A DNA stretch of 64,000 nucleotides from Urechidicola croceus (GCA_905181865.1 CAJIZG010000005.1:414705-478704), one strand, 5' to 3'. Positions 20,601-31,396 are shown, counted from the first letter of the stretch. Notes: generated by a model not told the origin, from the letters alone. Translations and numbers: made by a program.

Positions 20601-21308
20601 ATGGAACATATAGAATTATTTTTCAAATCAATATTTATAGATAACATGGTATTTGCCACCTTCTTAGGAATGTGTTCTTACCTTGCTGTATCTAAAAAAG
20701 TAACAACAGCTGTAGGTTTAGGAGCGGCAGTTATTTTTGTAATGGCAATTACAGTTCCTTTAAACTGGTTATTGGATACGTATCTTTTAAAAGATGGGGC
20801 TTTGGCTTGGTTAGGTCCAGAATATGCCGAATACGATTTAAGTTTCTTATCGTTTATCATGTTTATTGCAACCATTGCAACCATGGTACAATTGGTAGAA
20901 ATTATTGTCGAGAAGTTTTCACCTTCGTTATACAACTCATTAGGTATTTTTTTACCATTAATTGCAGTAAACTGTGCCATTTTAGGGGGGTCGTTATTTA
21001 TGCAGTCTAGAGAAATTCAATCGCTCGGGTTGGCTTTTAATTACGGCGTGAGTTCTGGAATTGGATGGTTCTTAGCAATTTTGGCAATAGCCTCTATTCG
21101 TGAGAAAATTAGATATTCAAATGTACCACCAGCCTTAAGAGGTTTAGGAATTACATTTATTGTAACTGGTTTAATGGCGATCGGATTTATGAGTTTTGGC
21201 GGAATGTTAACTGGCGGAGATGAAGAAGAGGTACCAGCAGAAACAACAGTAGTTATTTCAGTGGAACAACAAAACGATATTGCAAATAATACTAAAGTAA
21301 TAGAATAA
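20601..21308 (+). CDS. nqrE: NQR subunit E
   Basis: [25 protein letters not shown]. Confidence 0.96.
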   Translation: MEHIELFFKSIFIDNMVFATFLGMCSYLAVSKKVTTAVGLGAAVIFVMAITVPLNWLLDTYLLKDGALAWLGPEYAEYDLSFLSFIMFIATIATMVQLVEIIVEKFSPSLYNSLGIFLPLIAVNCAILGGSLFMQSREIQSLGLAFNYGVSSGIGWFLAILAIASIREKIRYSNVPPALRGLGITFIVTGLMAIGFMSFGGMLTGGDEEEVPAETTVVISVEQQNDIANNTKVIE

Positions 21309-21312
21309 AAAA

Positions 21313-22620
21313 ATGATATTAGCAACAAGCACAGGAGGTACAATGGCAGTAACGGTAGTTATATTTCTACTGATTTCACTTGCCTTGATCGGACTTTTAC
21401 TATTCATAAAACAAAAATTATCACCATCAGGACCTGTAAAGATTTTGATTAATGGTGAGCGCGAAATTATAGTGGGTTCTGGAGATTCTTTATTGAGTAC
21501 TTTAGGAGCACAAAAAATATTTTTACCCTCTGCATGTGGGGGAGGTGGTACTTGTATTCAATGTGAATGCCATGTAACAAGTGGCGGTGGGGAAGCACTT
21601 CCTACCGAAACTCCACACTTTTCTAGAAAAGAATTAAAACACGGAGCAAGATTGTCCTGTCAAGTTAAAGTAAAACAAGACATGGAAATTATGATTCCAG
21701 AAGAGGTTTTCGGAATTAAAAAATGGGAAGCTACCGTTGTAAGAAATTATAACGTTGCATCTTTCATTAAAGAATTTGTTGTTGAGATTCCGGAAGATAT
21801 GGGTTACAGAGCAGGAGGATATATTCAAATTGAGATTCCACCTTGCGAAGTAAAATATTCTGATATGGATATTACAGCACACCCCGAAGAACACGATACT
21901 CCGGATAAATTTCAAGCCGAATGGGACAAGTTTAAACTTTGGCCATTGGTAATGAAAAATAAAGAGACTATTGAGAGAGCATACTCTATGGCTTCTTATC
22001 CTGCAGAGGGAAGAGAAATCATGTTAAATGTACGTGTCGCTTGTCCTCCTTTTGATAGATCAACAGGTGGTTGGATGGATTTAAATCCAGGGATCGCGTC
22101 TTCATATATCTTTAACCAAAAGCCAGGAGACAAAGTAACTATTTCTGGGCCTTATGGTGAATTCTTTATCAACGAATCTGAATCAGAAATGCTATATGTA
22201 GGTGGTGGAGCTGGTATGGCGCCATTGCGTTCTCACTTGTACCAATTGTTCAGAACCTTAAAAACTGGTAGAAAAGTCACCTATTGGTATGGTGGTCGCT
22301 CTAAAAGAGAATTGTTCTATTTAGATCACTTTTATAACTTAGAGAAAGACTTCCCGAACTTTAAATTTTACTTAGCCTTATCTGAACCTATGGAAGAAGA
22401 TAACTGGAAAGTGAAAGAAAATATTGATGCTCCAGGAGATGGATTTATAGGATTCATTCACAATTGTGTGATTGAAAATTACTTGAGTCTTCATGAATCA
22501 CCAGAAGATATTGAATTGTATTTCTGTGGCCCACCATTAATGAACAATGCTGTTCAGAAAATGGGAGAAGACTTTGGTCTTGCCGATGAGAACATCAGGT
22601 TCGATGACTTTGGAGGATAA
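21313..22620 (+). CDS. nqrF: NQR subunit F
   Basis: [12 protein letters not shown] 2Fe-2S, RAYSMA, GGAGMAP, CGPP, FDDFGG end. Confidence 0.97.
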   Translation: MILATSTGGTMAVTVVIFLLISLALIGLLLFIKQKLSPSGPVKILINGEREIIVGSGDSLLSTLGAQKIFLPSACGGGGTCIQCECHVTSGGGEALPTETPHFSRKELKHGARLSCQVKVKQDMEIMIPEEVFGIKKWEATVVRNYNVASFIKEFVVEIPEDMGYRAGGYIQIEIPPCEVKYSDMDITAHPEEHDTPDKFQAEWDKFKLWPLVMKNKETIERAYSMASYPAEGREIMLNVRVACPPFDRSTGGWMDLNPGIASSYIFNQKPGDKVTISGPYGEFFINESESEMLYVGGGAGMAPLRSHLYQLFRTLKTGRKVTYWYGGRSKRELFYLDHFYNLEKDFPNFKFYLALSEPMEEDNWKVKENIDAPGDGFIGFIHNCVIENYLSLHESPEDIELYFCGPPLMNNAVQKMGEDFGLADENIRFDDFGG

Positions 22621-22638
22621 TATTACATGATAGAATTG

Positions 22639-22679
22639 ATATAAAAGCCCAACATTCAGTGTTGGGCTTTTATATTTTA
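22639..22679 (+). terminator. Terminator of the nqr operon
   Basis: Perfect 16-bp stem ATATAAAAGCCCAACA/TGTTGGGCTTTTATAT. Confidence 0.85.
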
Positions 22680-22707
22680 ATAATGGTATCTTTGCCCAAA
22701 ATTAAAT

Positions 22708-24063
22708 TTGATGAGTACTTTTCAAGAATTAAATCTATCCAATCAATTGCAATATGCAGTTAATGATTTAGGATTTAAACAGCCAACACCAATACAAGAG
22801 CAATCTTTTAATGTAATTCTTTCTGGTAAAGATATGGTAGGTATTGCTCAGACCGGTACAGGGAAGACTTTTGCCTATATGCTGCCCATACTGCGCGATT
22901 TAAAATTTTCCAAACAAGAAACTCCAAGAGTTTTGGTAATGGTTCCAACTAGAGAGTTGGTATTGCAAGTTGCTGAGGAGATTGAAAAAATAGCAAAATA
23001 TATCAATGTACGTGTTTTAGGTGTTTATGGGGGAACGAATATCAACACCCAAAAACAAGCAATTGCGCAAGGTGTCGATATCATTGTTGCAACTCCTGGT
23101 CGCTTATACGATTTAGCATTGAGTAGAACACTGAAAATGAAATCGATTCAAAAATTGGTAATTGATGAAGTTGATGTAATGCTCGATTTAGGGTTTCGTT
23201 TTCAATTGATGAATATCTTCGAAATCTTACCGGTGCGTCGACAAAATATCATGTTTTCTGCTACAATGACGGAAGATGTTGATTTGTTAATTACCGATTA
23301 TTTTAAAACTCCAGAGAAGATTTCTATTGCTTTAAGCGGTACACCTCTCGATAACATTTCCCAAGTATCTTATAACGTTATAAATTTTTACACCAAAGTG
23401 AATTTGGTCTCACATTTACTAGAAGATAAAGACGCGTTTAGCAAGGTCTTAATTTTTGTTTCTAACAAGAGAAGTGCAGATCGCTTATTTGAAGCCTTAA
23501 ACGAACGCTATAATGACGAATTATGTGTAATTCACTCCAATAAAACACAGAATTATAGAATTCGATCTATCAATCAATTTGATAAAGGTGAGAATAGAAT
23601 ATTAGTTGCTACAGATGTAATGGCTCGTGGATTAGATTTAGACGAGATTAGTCATGTTATTAATTTTGATACGCCTAGTTTTCCTGAAAACTATATGCAC
23701 AGAATTGGTAGAACAGGTCGTGCCGAAAAGGAAGGAAGAACAATATTATTTTCAACAGAAAAAGAGCAAGAGGCAAAGGATACTATTGAAGCCTTGATGG
23801 ATTTTAAAATTCCTGTTTTAGAATTGCCTTCAGAAGTTGAAATATCTGACCAATTAACTCCGGAAGAACGTCCGAAAGAAGTTGAAATTGACAATCCACA
23901 TAAAAGGAAAGAGGATACTGTGGGTGCTGCATTTCACGAAAAAAGTGAAAAAAATAGTCAAGTCAATGAGGGAGGTTCTTACCGAAGATTGATTGCGAAA
24001 AAATATAAGAAACCTAGAACTCGAGGCGATAAAAATTATAACAAAAGAAATAAGAAAAAATAA
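22708..24063 (+). CDS. DEAD/DEAH-box RNA helicase
   Basis: Q motif, AQTGTGKT, PTREL, TPGR, DEVD, SAT, ARGLD, HRIGRTGRA; TATCTTTG promoter at 22687-22694. Confidence 0.95.
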   Translation: MMSTFQELNLSNQLQYAVNDLGFKQPTPIQEQSFNVILSGKDMVGIAQTGTGKTFAYMLPILRDLKFSKQETPRVLVMVPTRELVLQVAEEIEKIAKYINVRVLGVYGGTNINTQKQAIAQGVDIIVATPGRLYDLALSRTLKMKSIQKLVIDEVDVMLDLGFRFQLMNIFEILPVRRQNIMFSATMTEDVDLLITDYFKTPEKISIALSGTPLDNISQVSYNVINFYTKVNLVSHLLEDKDAFSKVLIFVSNKRSADRLFEALNERYNDELCVIHSNKTQNYRIRSINQFDKGENRILVATDVMARGLDLDEISHVINFDTPSFPENYMHRIGRTGRAEKEGRTILFSTEKEQEAKDTIEALMDFKIPVLELPSEVEISDQLTPEERPKEVEIDNPHKRKEDTVGAAFHEKSEKNSQVNEGGSYRRLIAKKYKKPRTRGDKNYNKRNKKK

Positions 24064-24437
24064 TGACGGCTTTAACAAATCAAGAATTACATTATTTGGC
24101 CATGAATATGGTGGGTAAGGATTTAGAGAAAAGAGGTTTTGAGTTTATTGCAATTGAAAGCAAATTAGGAAAGCAACCGCAATTTGTATGTATAGATAAA
24201 AAGAACCAACGCTTTTTTGTAATTGTAAAAGCAATCATTTTACCCAAAGATCCAGAAAAATATGATGTTATTTGGATGGAAACCTTTAAAAAGCATGCAC
24301 GAGAGCACGAGGCGAAAGTCTTATTTGCTGGTGTTGGTATAGGTAATTCAGAAGATCCATCACTGCCTATTTATAAAAATGAAGAATATCTGCTCGACTA
24401 TAGAGGTATTCAATTCTTAGACGTCTCCTTGAACTAG
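24063..24437 (+). CDS. Conserved Flavobacteriaceae hypothetical protein
   Basis: 124 aa, translationally coupled (TAATG) to the helicase; no redox-cofactor motifs. Confidence 0.7.
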   Translation: MTALTNQELHYLAMNMVGKDLEKRGFEFIAIESKLGKQPQFVCIDKKNQRFFVIVKAIILPKDPEKYDVIWMETFKKHAREHEAKVLFAGVGIGNSEDPSLPIYKNEEYLLDYRGIQFLDVSLN

Positions 24438-24946
24438 TGATGTTTTTGTTTTCAATAAGTTAATTATTTTTTTATTTGAATTACTAACTAAACCAATCCT
24501 CACTTTTTCTAATTACCCAACTTGGGTATTTTTTGCATTAATTTTAGTGAACTTATTAACTTTTTAAAAATATAGAATCATGGAATTTAGTCAAAACAAA
24601 ATGAACTACCTCGAGACAGAGCCATAGAGGTGTCCAATAATTGCAGTAAAATAAAAGTCGAAATATAACTATTGGCATTAAACGGAACAGGAGAACAGTT
24701 TATCTATTTCCAATTTTAATAGAAATTCTAATACTGTTAAGACTTACACAGATTGAATAATTTTAAGATATATTTAGTGTTTTTGGTTAAAACCGAATGA
24801 TATTCTTATTCATTTTAAAGTTAGTTAAACACTGTAAATAAGATAATTATAACATAAGGGTAAAATCGATTAAAGCGGGCGAATTCCATTTCAGATAATT
24901 ATTAAATATTTTCACAAAAAATCCTTTGGATATTGAAGAATTGTTT

Positions 24947-24954
24947 TAAATTTG
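24947..24954 (+). promoter_or_regulatory. tRNA operon promoter (-7 TAAATTTG; -33 TTTG at 24925-24928)
   Basis: Both Bacteroidota consensus elements are present upstream of tRNA-Gly. Confidence 0.75.
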
Positions 24955-24997
24955 CCACCCGTTTGAATGGCAAACGGGACGTTCATTGATAATGACT

Positions 24998-25069
24998 GCG
25001 AAAGTAGCTCAGGGGTAGAGCATCACCTTGCCAAGGTGGGGGTCGCGGGTTCAAATCCCGTCTTTCGCT
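24998..25069 (+). tRNA. tRNA-Gly(GCC)
   Basis: Acceptor GCGAAAG/CTTTCGC, anticodon loop TTGCCAA, T-loop GTTCAAATC. Confidence 0.95.
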
Positions 25070-25118
25070 CAACTCATATATAAAAAATACCAAGTTGATT
25101 GCGCTGCGCAATCAATAT

Positions 25119-25202
25119 GCTCAAGTGGTGGAATTGGTAGACACGCCGGACTTAAAATCCTGTGCTCTTTGGGGCGTGCGGGTTCAAGTCCCGCCTTGAG
25201 TA
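25119..25202 (+). tRNA. tRNA-Leu(TAA)
   Basis: Acceptor GCTCAAG/CTTGAGT, D-loop GGAATTGGTAGAC, loop CTTAAAA, long variable arm, GTTCAAGTC. Confidence 0.93.
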
Positions 25203-25205
25203 CTG

Positions 25206-25852
25206 AAAACCTTCTTAATCCTTTGATTTTGAGGGTTTTTTAGATTTGTACACCTGCATTTTTCCAACCATTTGCCAACCATTTTAAAAATTAGACGATT
25301 TCTACCTTAATATAAGGTTTCTATATTAGGAAAGTACTTCTCCAAATACTTACCAGTTTTGAAACTATGAACCTCAACTATCTTATTTGTATCTCTATTG
25401 TAAACTAATTCAACATAAAATTTATCAATTACATAGTGAGATTTCAAAGTAAGATCTCCGATAACTTTTACCTTTATCGATATTAATTATTAAAAGTACA
25501 CTGCGTTTCGCAATTGCAAAATCTGGAAACCCTTATGATGAAAAGTATGTTTCTGTTTTACCAAAATAAGTAGTATTTATATAAAAAATAAAAGCTCAAA
25601 ATACTAATTAATAGAATTATGAGCCTAGAATAATTATGCATAAATTTAATGATGAAAAGAGTTGTTTTTTAGCTCAGTTCTTCTAAAGTGAAACAAGCAA
25701 GAAAAAAGCAGTTCCAAAAAAATCAATTAAATTTGTGAAAGTGCTCTCTTAAATTTTAACCTAAAAAGTTCAAATTTGTTTAACGACATACATAAAATCT
25801 ATTAGGCATAGTGCCAAAACCTTCTTAATCCTTTGATGTTGAAGGTTTTTAG
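25206..25852 (+). repeat. Direct repeat AAAACCTTCTTAATCCTTTGAT (25206-25227 and 25816-25837) downstream of tRNA-Leu
   Basis: 22 bp perfect, extending to about 37 bp imperfect; each copy can also fold as a terminator-like hairpin. Confidence 0.8.
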
Positions 25853-25945
25853 TTTATAAAACTTTCTTTAGTAACTTTTAAACATTTCATAAAAAAACAA
25901 CTACCGAAAAAAGTCTTCAATCTTCGCTTCGAATTTACCAAACGC

Positions 25946-28264
25946 TCAACTATCAAATCCCCTTAACCTACTAATTTTTTTTATCGTTATAATGACGCTT
26001 TTCGATGCAGGAGTTTTTGCCGTATGTGCATAACTGTCTATTGGAACTAAAACATTGGTTTCTGGGAAATAGGTAGCACAACAACTTTTTGGAATGTCAT
26101 AGGGAATTACTTTAAAATTATTGGCTCTCCGAGTAATCCCATTAAAAACAGATGTTAAATGTACCACTTGATGTTTTGTCAAACCTCTTGATTTTATATC
26201 TGAGCGGTTCATTAAAATAATTCTTCTTTCGTTAAAAATTCCACGATATCTGTCATCTAATCCATAAATAGTGGTGTTAAATTGGTCATGACTTCTAATG
26301 GTCATCATGATCAATTCAGTATCTTTTAATTTCCATTCAGGGAGTTTGTTCCTAGAGAATTTAGCTTTTCCCGATTGGGTGTTAAATTTTCGAATTCTTG
26401 CTCCGTTGGGTAAATAAAATCCAGCAGGTTGTTTTAGTCGTTCATTGTAACTCTCAAAACCACTCACCACTTCTTCAATATCATCTCGAATCACACTATA
26501 ATCCTTTAAATAATCAAGCCAATTAATTTTTGATTTATCCTTTAAAGTTGCATATGCAGTATTACAAACAACGGCGACTTCACTCATTAAATTTTCAGAA
26601 CAAGGATGCAAGATTCCTTTTGTAGAAGAAACAATTCCCATAGAATTTTCTACACTTTGAGTTTGATAACCGGATTTTTGGAAATCTTTTTCAGAGCGAC
26701 CCAAACATGGTAAAATCAACGCTTCTTTCCCTGTTACTAAATGAGACCTATTTAATTTTGTACTCACATGCACGGTTAACTCACAATTTACCATTCCTTG
26801 AGCCGAGTATTCAGTGTCTGGCACTGCAGAAATAAAATTACCCCCTAAACCAAAAAAGACTTTTACTTTTTTTTCATTCATGGCTTTTATGGCATCAATG
26901 ACAGAATAACCATGTTTTGTTGTTGGCTTAAAACCATATTTAGATTCAATTTTATCCAAAAAAGCTTGAGGTGCTGCTTCCCAAATTCCAACAGTTCGAT
27001 CTCCTTGAACATTTGAATGACCCCTTACTGGACACGTCCCTGCTCCTTCCTTACCTATACTCCCCTTCAACAATAATAAATTTACCAATTCTCGAATATT
27101 GTCTACCGCATTTTCATGCTGCGTAAGCCCCATAGCCCAGCAAATAATAATTTTATCATTCTCTAAAATAAGTTGTACAACTTGCAAGATGGTCTCTTCA
27201 GAAACTCCAGATAATTCAACACATTCGTAAAAATTATATCGCGTTAAATCTTCGATAAAATCCTTATAATTATAAGAATACTCATTTATAAAGTCCCAAT
27301 CAAACACTCCTCCTTCTAATTCTTCCCTTTCCAAAAGTTTCAGAAGTATAGCCTTCGTAAAAGCAACATCTCCATTTATACGTACCTGTGCATGAATATC
27401 CGCTATTTTCGTTCCTCCTGAAAGCACTTTATACGGACTTTGAGGGTTTGTAAATTTAATAAGACCCGCTTCTGGCAGAGGATTAACTGAAATTATTTTA
27501 CCTCCATTCTTTTTACATTTCTCCAAAGCCGTTAACATTCTAGGGTGATTTGTCGCAGGGTTTTGACCTATTACCATTACCAATTCTGCTTTGTACAAAT
27601 CATCTAATATTACTGAACCTTTTCCAATTCCCAATGTTTCGGACAATGCTTTTCCGCTAGCTTCATGACACATATTTGAACAATCTGGCAAATTTGCTGT
27701 ACCAAACTCTCTCACAAAAAGTTGATATAAAAAAGCAGCTTCGTTCGTAGTTCTTCCCGAAGTGTAGAATACTGCTTCATCGGGATTTGATAAGTTCCGT
27801 AGATGACTTCCAACTTTAGAAAAAGCGTCTGTCCAAGAAATTGACTGATAATGAGTACCTCCTTCGGGCAAATACATGGGTTGTGACAAACGCCCAGATT
27901 TTCCGATTTCATAATCTGGCATTTCTGCCAATTCATTTACAGAATTCGAAGCAAAAAAATCTGCACCAATAGTTTTGTCCTGAGCCTCCTCAGCCATGGC
28001 CTTCATACCATTTTCACAATATTCTCCTAATGAAGATCGTTCATCGTCTGGATCTGGCCAGGCACATCCTGGGCAGTCAAAACCTCCTTTTTGGTTAATT
28101 TTAGTAGAAATTTTTATAGCATCTTTTAGCCTTACATATTTAAAAGCATGTTTCAAAGCAGCCTTTACAGCTCCTAAACCCACAGAATTCTTAAGTGGAT
28201 CCCTAATCTTTAGTTGTTTGAATCTTTCTGAAGTAAAGGCATTCTTAAAAGAGGAACTACTCAT
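25946..28264 (-). CDS. FdhF/YdeP-family molybdopterin oxidoreductase
   Basis: GFDCPGCAWPD, EYCENG, FYTSGR, PDCSNMCHE, RGHSNVQG, RSHDQFNTTIY. Confidence 0.92.
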   Translation of the reverse strand: MSSSSFKNAFTSERFKQLKIRDPLKNSVGLGAVKAALKHAFKYVRLKDAIKISTKINQKGGFDCPGCAWPDPDDERSSLGEYCENGMKAMAEEAQDKTIGADFFASNSVNELAEMPDYEIGKSGRLSQPMYLPEGGTHYQSISWTDAFSKVGSHLRNLSNPDEAVFYTSGRTTNEAAFLYQLFVREFGTANLPDCSNMCHEASGKALSETLGIGKGSVILDDLYKAELVMVIGQNPATNHPRMLTALEKCKKNGGKIISVNPLPEAGLIKFTNPQSPYKVLSGGTKIADIHAQVRINGDVAFTKAILLKLLEREELEGGVFDWDFINEYSYNYKDFIEDLTRYNFYECVELSGVSEETILQVVQLILENDKIIICWAMGLTQHENAVDNIRELVNLLLLKGSIGKEGAGTCPVRGHSNVQGDRTVGIWEAAPQAFLDKIESKYGFKPTTKHGYSVIDAIKAMNEKKVKVFFGLGGNFISAVPDTEYSAQGMVNCELTVHVSTKLNRSHLVTGKEALILPCLGRSEKDFQKSGYQTQSVENSMGIVSSTKGILHPCSENLMSEVAVVCNTAYATLKDKSKINWLDYLKDYSVIRDDIEEVVSGFESYNERLKQPAGFYLPNGARIRKFNTQSGKAKFSRNKLPEWKLKDTELIMMTIRSHDQFNTTIYGLDDRYRGIFNERRIILMNRSDIKSRGLTKHQVVHLTSVFNGITRRANNFKVIPYDIPKSCCATYFPETNVLVPIDSYAHTAKTPASKSVIITIKKISRLRGFDS

Positions 28265-28302
28265 ATAGTTTTATTTTTACGACTACTTTATCTTATTAAA
28301 TT

Positions 28303-29369
28303 TTATAATTTCATCCATGAAATCTCATTATCCTTTGTAACATCCGAGTCTTTAGGGCCAATATTAATACTAAAGGCACCTATAAAAACATCTAAATCTC
28401 CATCATTATCTATATCTTTTAACTGAAAATCTGTAGCGCCATATTCAGGTTGAAATTGAAGAATTTTTTCACCTTTAAATGAATTAGATTCTAAATTGCA
28501 AATCATAAGTGTTTCGTGTTCCTGAGCAAATAGTACAACAATCTTCTTTTCTTCATCCATATTCTCATACTCCATTCTAATTGCTCCTGACAATGTAGGA
28601 ATAATTTCCTTTTCATACGATCCATTTTTTAAATTTTTATATATAGAAAAATCACCTTTGGAATATCCAAAATTACAGATAAATACATCATCGAATCGCT
28701 CATTATTCATATCCGTGACTAAAAAATCAACGGGTCGTATTAACCCATAAATTTTATCTTTATTAATTCTCAAAAAACCAGTAGCCTCATCTGAAGGGGG
28801 TAAGGAGCCTATGCCAAGAAGATACTCCAAAGAATCCTTTTTAAAAACCTTAACCGAAGGACTATTTGTAGGACTTTCCTTTATAATTTCACCAGCTAGA
28901 TTAACGGCAACTAAATAAGAACTATACGTCTCTCCAACTACAAATCTTGACTTTCCTTATCAAATGATATCATGGTTATCATTGAAGATAATTTGGGACT
29001 CGATAGAAAAATTTCTGATTTAAATATATTGCTAACTTTTTTATTTTCTTCCTTGGGTATGTCTAATTATTTTGGAGAACTTGTGATGTAGTAACGAACT
29101 ATTTTTCCTCAATCTTCTTGAGATATAGTAGATTTCCCTGCTGAAATCAACGAATTCCCATTGAAGGTAAAACATCATTAGCCCATGTATTTACAGGCAA
29201 TGAAGACGGTGAAGGCGCCATATGACAAGAGGCACAATGAACTTCTGCCAACTTTCTACGCTCTTCAAACTTACGCCTCCTCATTTGAACAACTTACAAC
29301 AAGTTGAACGAAGAATAACCCAAATAAAAACCTATATAATATAAAAATATTGGCGATATGTTTATTCAT
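28303..29369 (-). pseudogene. Cytochrome c + FG-GAP/VCBS repeat protein pseudogene
   Basis: ATG at 29369 with a signal peptide, CASCH haem motif (29222-29236) in a shifted frame, several stops, and an FG-GAP fragment (DIDNDGDLDV) in ORF 28303-28830 that ends prematurely. Confidence 0.8.
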
Positions 29370-29474
29370 ATAGAAAAAAATCATATTAAAAATCTCTAAA
29401 ATTAGAGATAAAAATCAAAAAGAGATACTAATTGAGCTTTCTAATTAAAATTCAATCACTCAGAAATTCAATGA

Positions 29475-30275
29475 CTATGAACTCAATTTATTAAAAAATA
29501 AGAGACTCTTTAAAATGTGTTCCTTCCAATAATCTGCTGTATGTCCGCCAGAAAATTCTTCATAAATATGGGGGATTTGTAATTCTTTTAGTTTTAAATG
29601 AACTTTTCGATTCGACGCAACCAATTCATCCTCTGATCCACAATCAAATCGAAACGGGGAAAGATATTTTTTATTGGATAAAATAGTATCCAATACAGAA
29701 CTCGCCTCTTCCTCTTTTGTAGCATAAAAATCTGGTCCGTCGTCAATAAACAAACTTAAATCTTTAGGATTTGTTACTGAGGAATGACCTGAAAAAGCAT
29801 TAAATATAGATTGATATTTCGCCCCAATTCGCAACGCCCCATATCCTCCCATTGACAGACCGGTAATGAATAATTTTGATTTTATGCTTACCTGTGGGAT
29901 ATTTGATTGAATCGCTGCTACAACATCTTCTACAATCCACTTTTCGAAATCAAATCCGCCTTGTGCAATATATCCGCTACCTCCACCTTTTAATCCATCG
30001 GAAGGCATTACCAAAACCATCGGTTCCAATTCTCCCAACTCAATCAATTTTAATGTTTCGTTATGAACATTCATCTGTCTTGTCCAAGCCCAGTGACTTC
30101 CATACACCCCATGAAGTAAAATTACAACAGGTAAATTCGATGTTTTTTCATTTCCTGGTGGCACAAAAACAGTAATATCACCTCTTCCTTTTAGATGGGT
30201 ACTTTGAACAGTTAAATATCTTAAATTTTCAACTTCATAATCTGGGGTTGAAATACTAACTTCTCTTGTAATCAT
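29475..30275 (-). CDS. Alpha/beta-hydrolase esterase (Fes/S-formylglutathione hydrolase-like family)
   Basis: ILLHGVYGS, GLSMGGYG nucleophile elbow, DCGSED, GGH. Confidence 0.88.
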   Translation of the reverse strand: MITREVSISTPDYEVENLRYLTVQSTHLKGRGDITVFVPPGNEKTSNLPVVILLHGVYGSHWAWTRQMNVHNETLKLIELGELEPMVLVMPSDGLKGGGSGYIAQGGFDFEKWIVEDVVAAIQSNIPQVSIKSKLFITGLSMGGYGALRIGAKYQSIFNAFSGHSSVTNPKDLSLFIDDGPDFYATKEEEASSVLDTILSNKKYLSPFRFDCGSEDELVASNRKVHLKLKELQIPHIYEEFSGGHTADYWKEHILKSLLFFNKLSS

Positions 30276-30286
30276 TCAATATATTT

Positions 30287-31396
30287 TTAAAAAAGAATCA
30301 CTCCTTTTGCATTTTTACCAGAAAGCATATCATCAAACGCCTCTTGAACATTATTTATACGATACCTTTTTGTAATCATTTCATCCAATATTAAATCGCC
30401 CCCTTTATAAAAATCAATCAATCGCGGAAAATCAATTTTAGGTTGACATTTACCATAAAGTGGATTAATATAAATTTTATCCCATTCAAATAAATTCATA
30501 TCAAATACAATCGCTTCCTCTATACCGCTAACTTGAACAGCCATTCCCGCATTTCGAATCATCGCTAAAGGCGCGGCTCCCAAACTCGGAACTCCTGTGC
30601 ATTCAAAAGAAAAATCTGCCCCCCTATTTCCTGTTAATTCTTTTACTTTTTTCGCTACGTTTAATAAACCCTGATCATTTCTATCAGCTAATATTGTATG
30701 CGTTGCCCCATATATCTTGCTCATAGTAAGTCTATCCTGATTTACATCAACAGCAATAATCTTTGACGCTTTTGAAATCCGAGCACCTTGAACCACATTC
30801 AACCCAACTCCACCGGTTCCAAGCACAACAACTGATGCGTTTTCAGTAACCTTAGCAACCTTTAAAACCGACCCTACTCCTGTCATAACTCCACATCCCA
30901 TGATACTGGCAACGTCAAACGGAATCGCCACTTTTGTTTTATGAAGGGCTACTTCTCTCACAACGGTATGTGTAGACATTGTTCCTAAATTAAATGAACG
31001 TTGTATTCCTTTATTTTTAAACAAAGTTCTCTCCAATGGTACGTGACCTTCACTAATTTCTCCTACACCTGTGACTGGAGATTGAACTTCACAAATATTT
31101 TCATTTCCATTTTTACACTGAAAACATGATCCACAGGGCATTGCCCAATTTAAAATGACTTGATCTCCTTTCTTTACTGAAGTAACCTTCTCCCCAATCG
31201 AAATAACAATACCCGCACCTTCGTGTCCCATTACAAATTGATGTCCCCAATTTTTATAAGAATCATAATCTGTATGACAAACACCAGCGGCCTTCATTTC
31301 AACAAGAACTTCATCTCCCTTTGGTTCATCTACTTTAATTTCTTCTAAGGAAAAAGACCCATTTCCATCAGCAATTATTGCTTTAGCATTCATCAT
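30287..31396 (-). CDS. Zn-dependent medium-chain alcohol dehydrogenase
   Basis: GVCHTD, GHEGAG, structural Zn CGSCFQC...C, GCGVMTG, GTGGVG Rossmann fold. Confidence 0.93.
   Translation of the reverse strand: MMNAKAIIADGNGSFSLEEIKVDEPKGDEVLVEMKAAGVCHTDYDSYKNWGHQFVMGHEGAGIVISIGEKVTSVKKGDQVILNWAMPCGSCFQCKNGNENICEVQSPVTGVGEISEGHVPLERTLFKNKGIQRSFNLGTMSTHTVVREVALHKTKVAIPFDVASIMGCGVMTGVGSVLKVAKVTENASVVVLGTGGVGLNVVQGARISKASKIIAVDVNQDRLTMSKIYGATHTILADRNDQGLLNVAKKVKELTGNRGADFSFECTGVPSLGAAPLAMIRNAGMAVQVSGIEEAIVFDMNLFEWDKIYINPLYGKCQPKIDFPRLIDFYKGGDLILDEMITKRYRINNVQEAFDDMLSGKNAKGVILF

Noticed and set aside
24063-24437. Second nqrF (a name I recall being given to such ORFs)
   Set aside because: Only 124 aa with no 2Fe-2S, FAD or NADH motifs; the true nqrF is 21313-22620.
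24514-24800. Palindrome TACCCAA-C-TTGGGTA followed by a possible decayed ORF (ATG near 24579)
   Set aside because: 7-bp arms can arise by chance, no second copy was seen and no family could be recognised in any frame.
25141-25165. C-T mismatch in the tRNA-Leu anticodon stem (CCGGA/TCCTG) as a sign of a tRNA pseudogene
   Set aside because: All other arms are canonical and single stem mismatches are tolerated; there is not enough evidence of inactivation.
25028-25243. 71-aa ORF in the track
   Set aside because: It overlaps tRNA-Gly and tRNA-Leu and is a spurious translation of RNA genes.
25500-25560. IAKSGNPYD peptide resembling the IS3 integrase G(N/D)PY motif
   Set aside because: The match is too short, with no flanking DDE context or IRs.
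25946-28264. Selenocysteine formate dehydrogenase
   Set aside because: The ORF is uninterrupted, and the Mo-ligand region (CSNMCHE) uses TGT codons.
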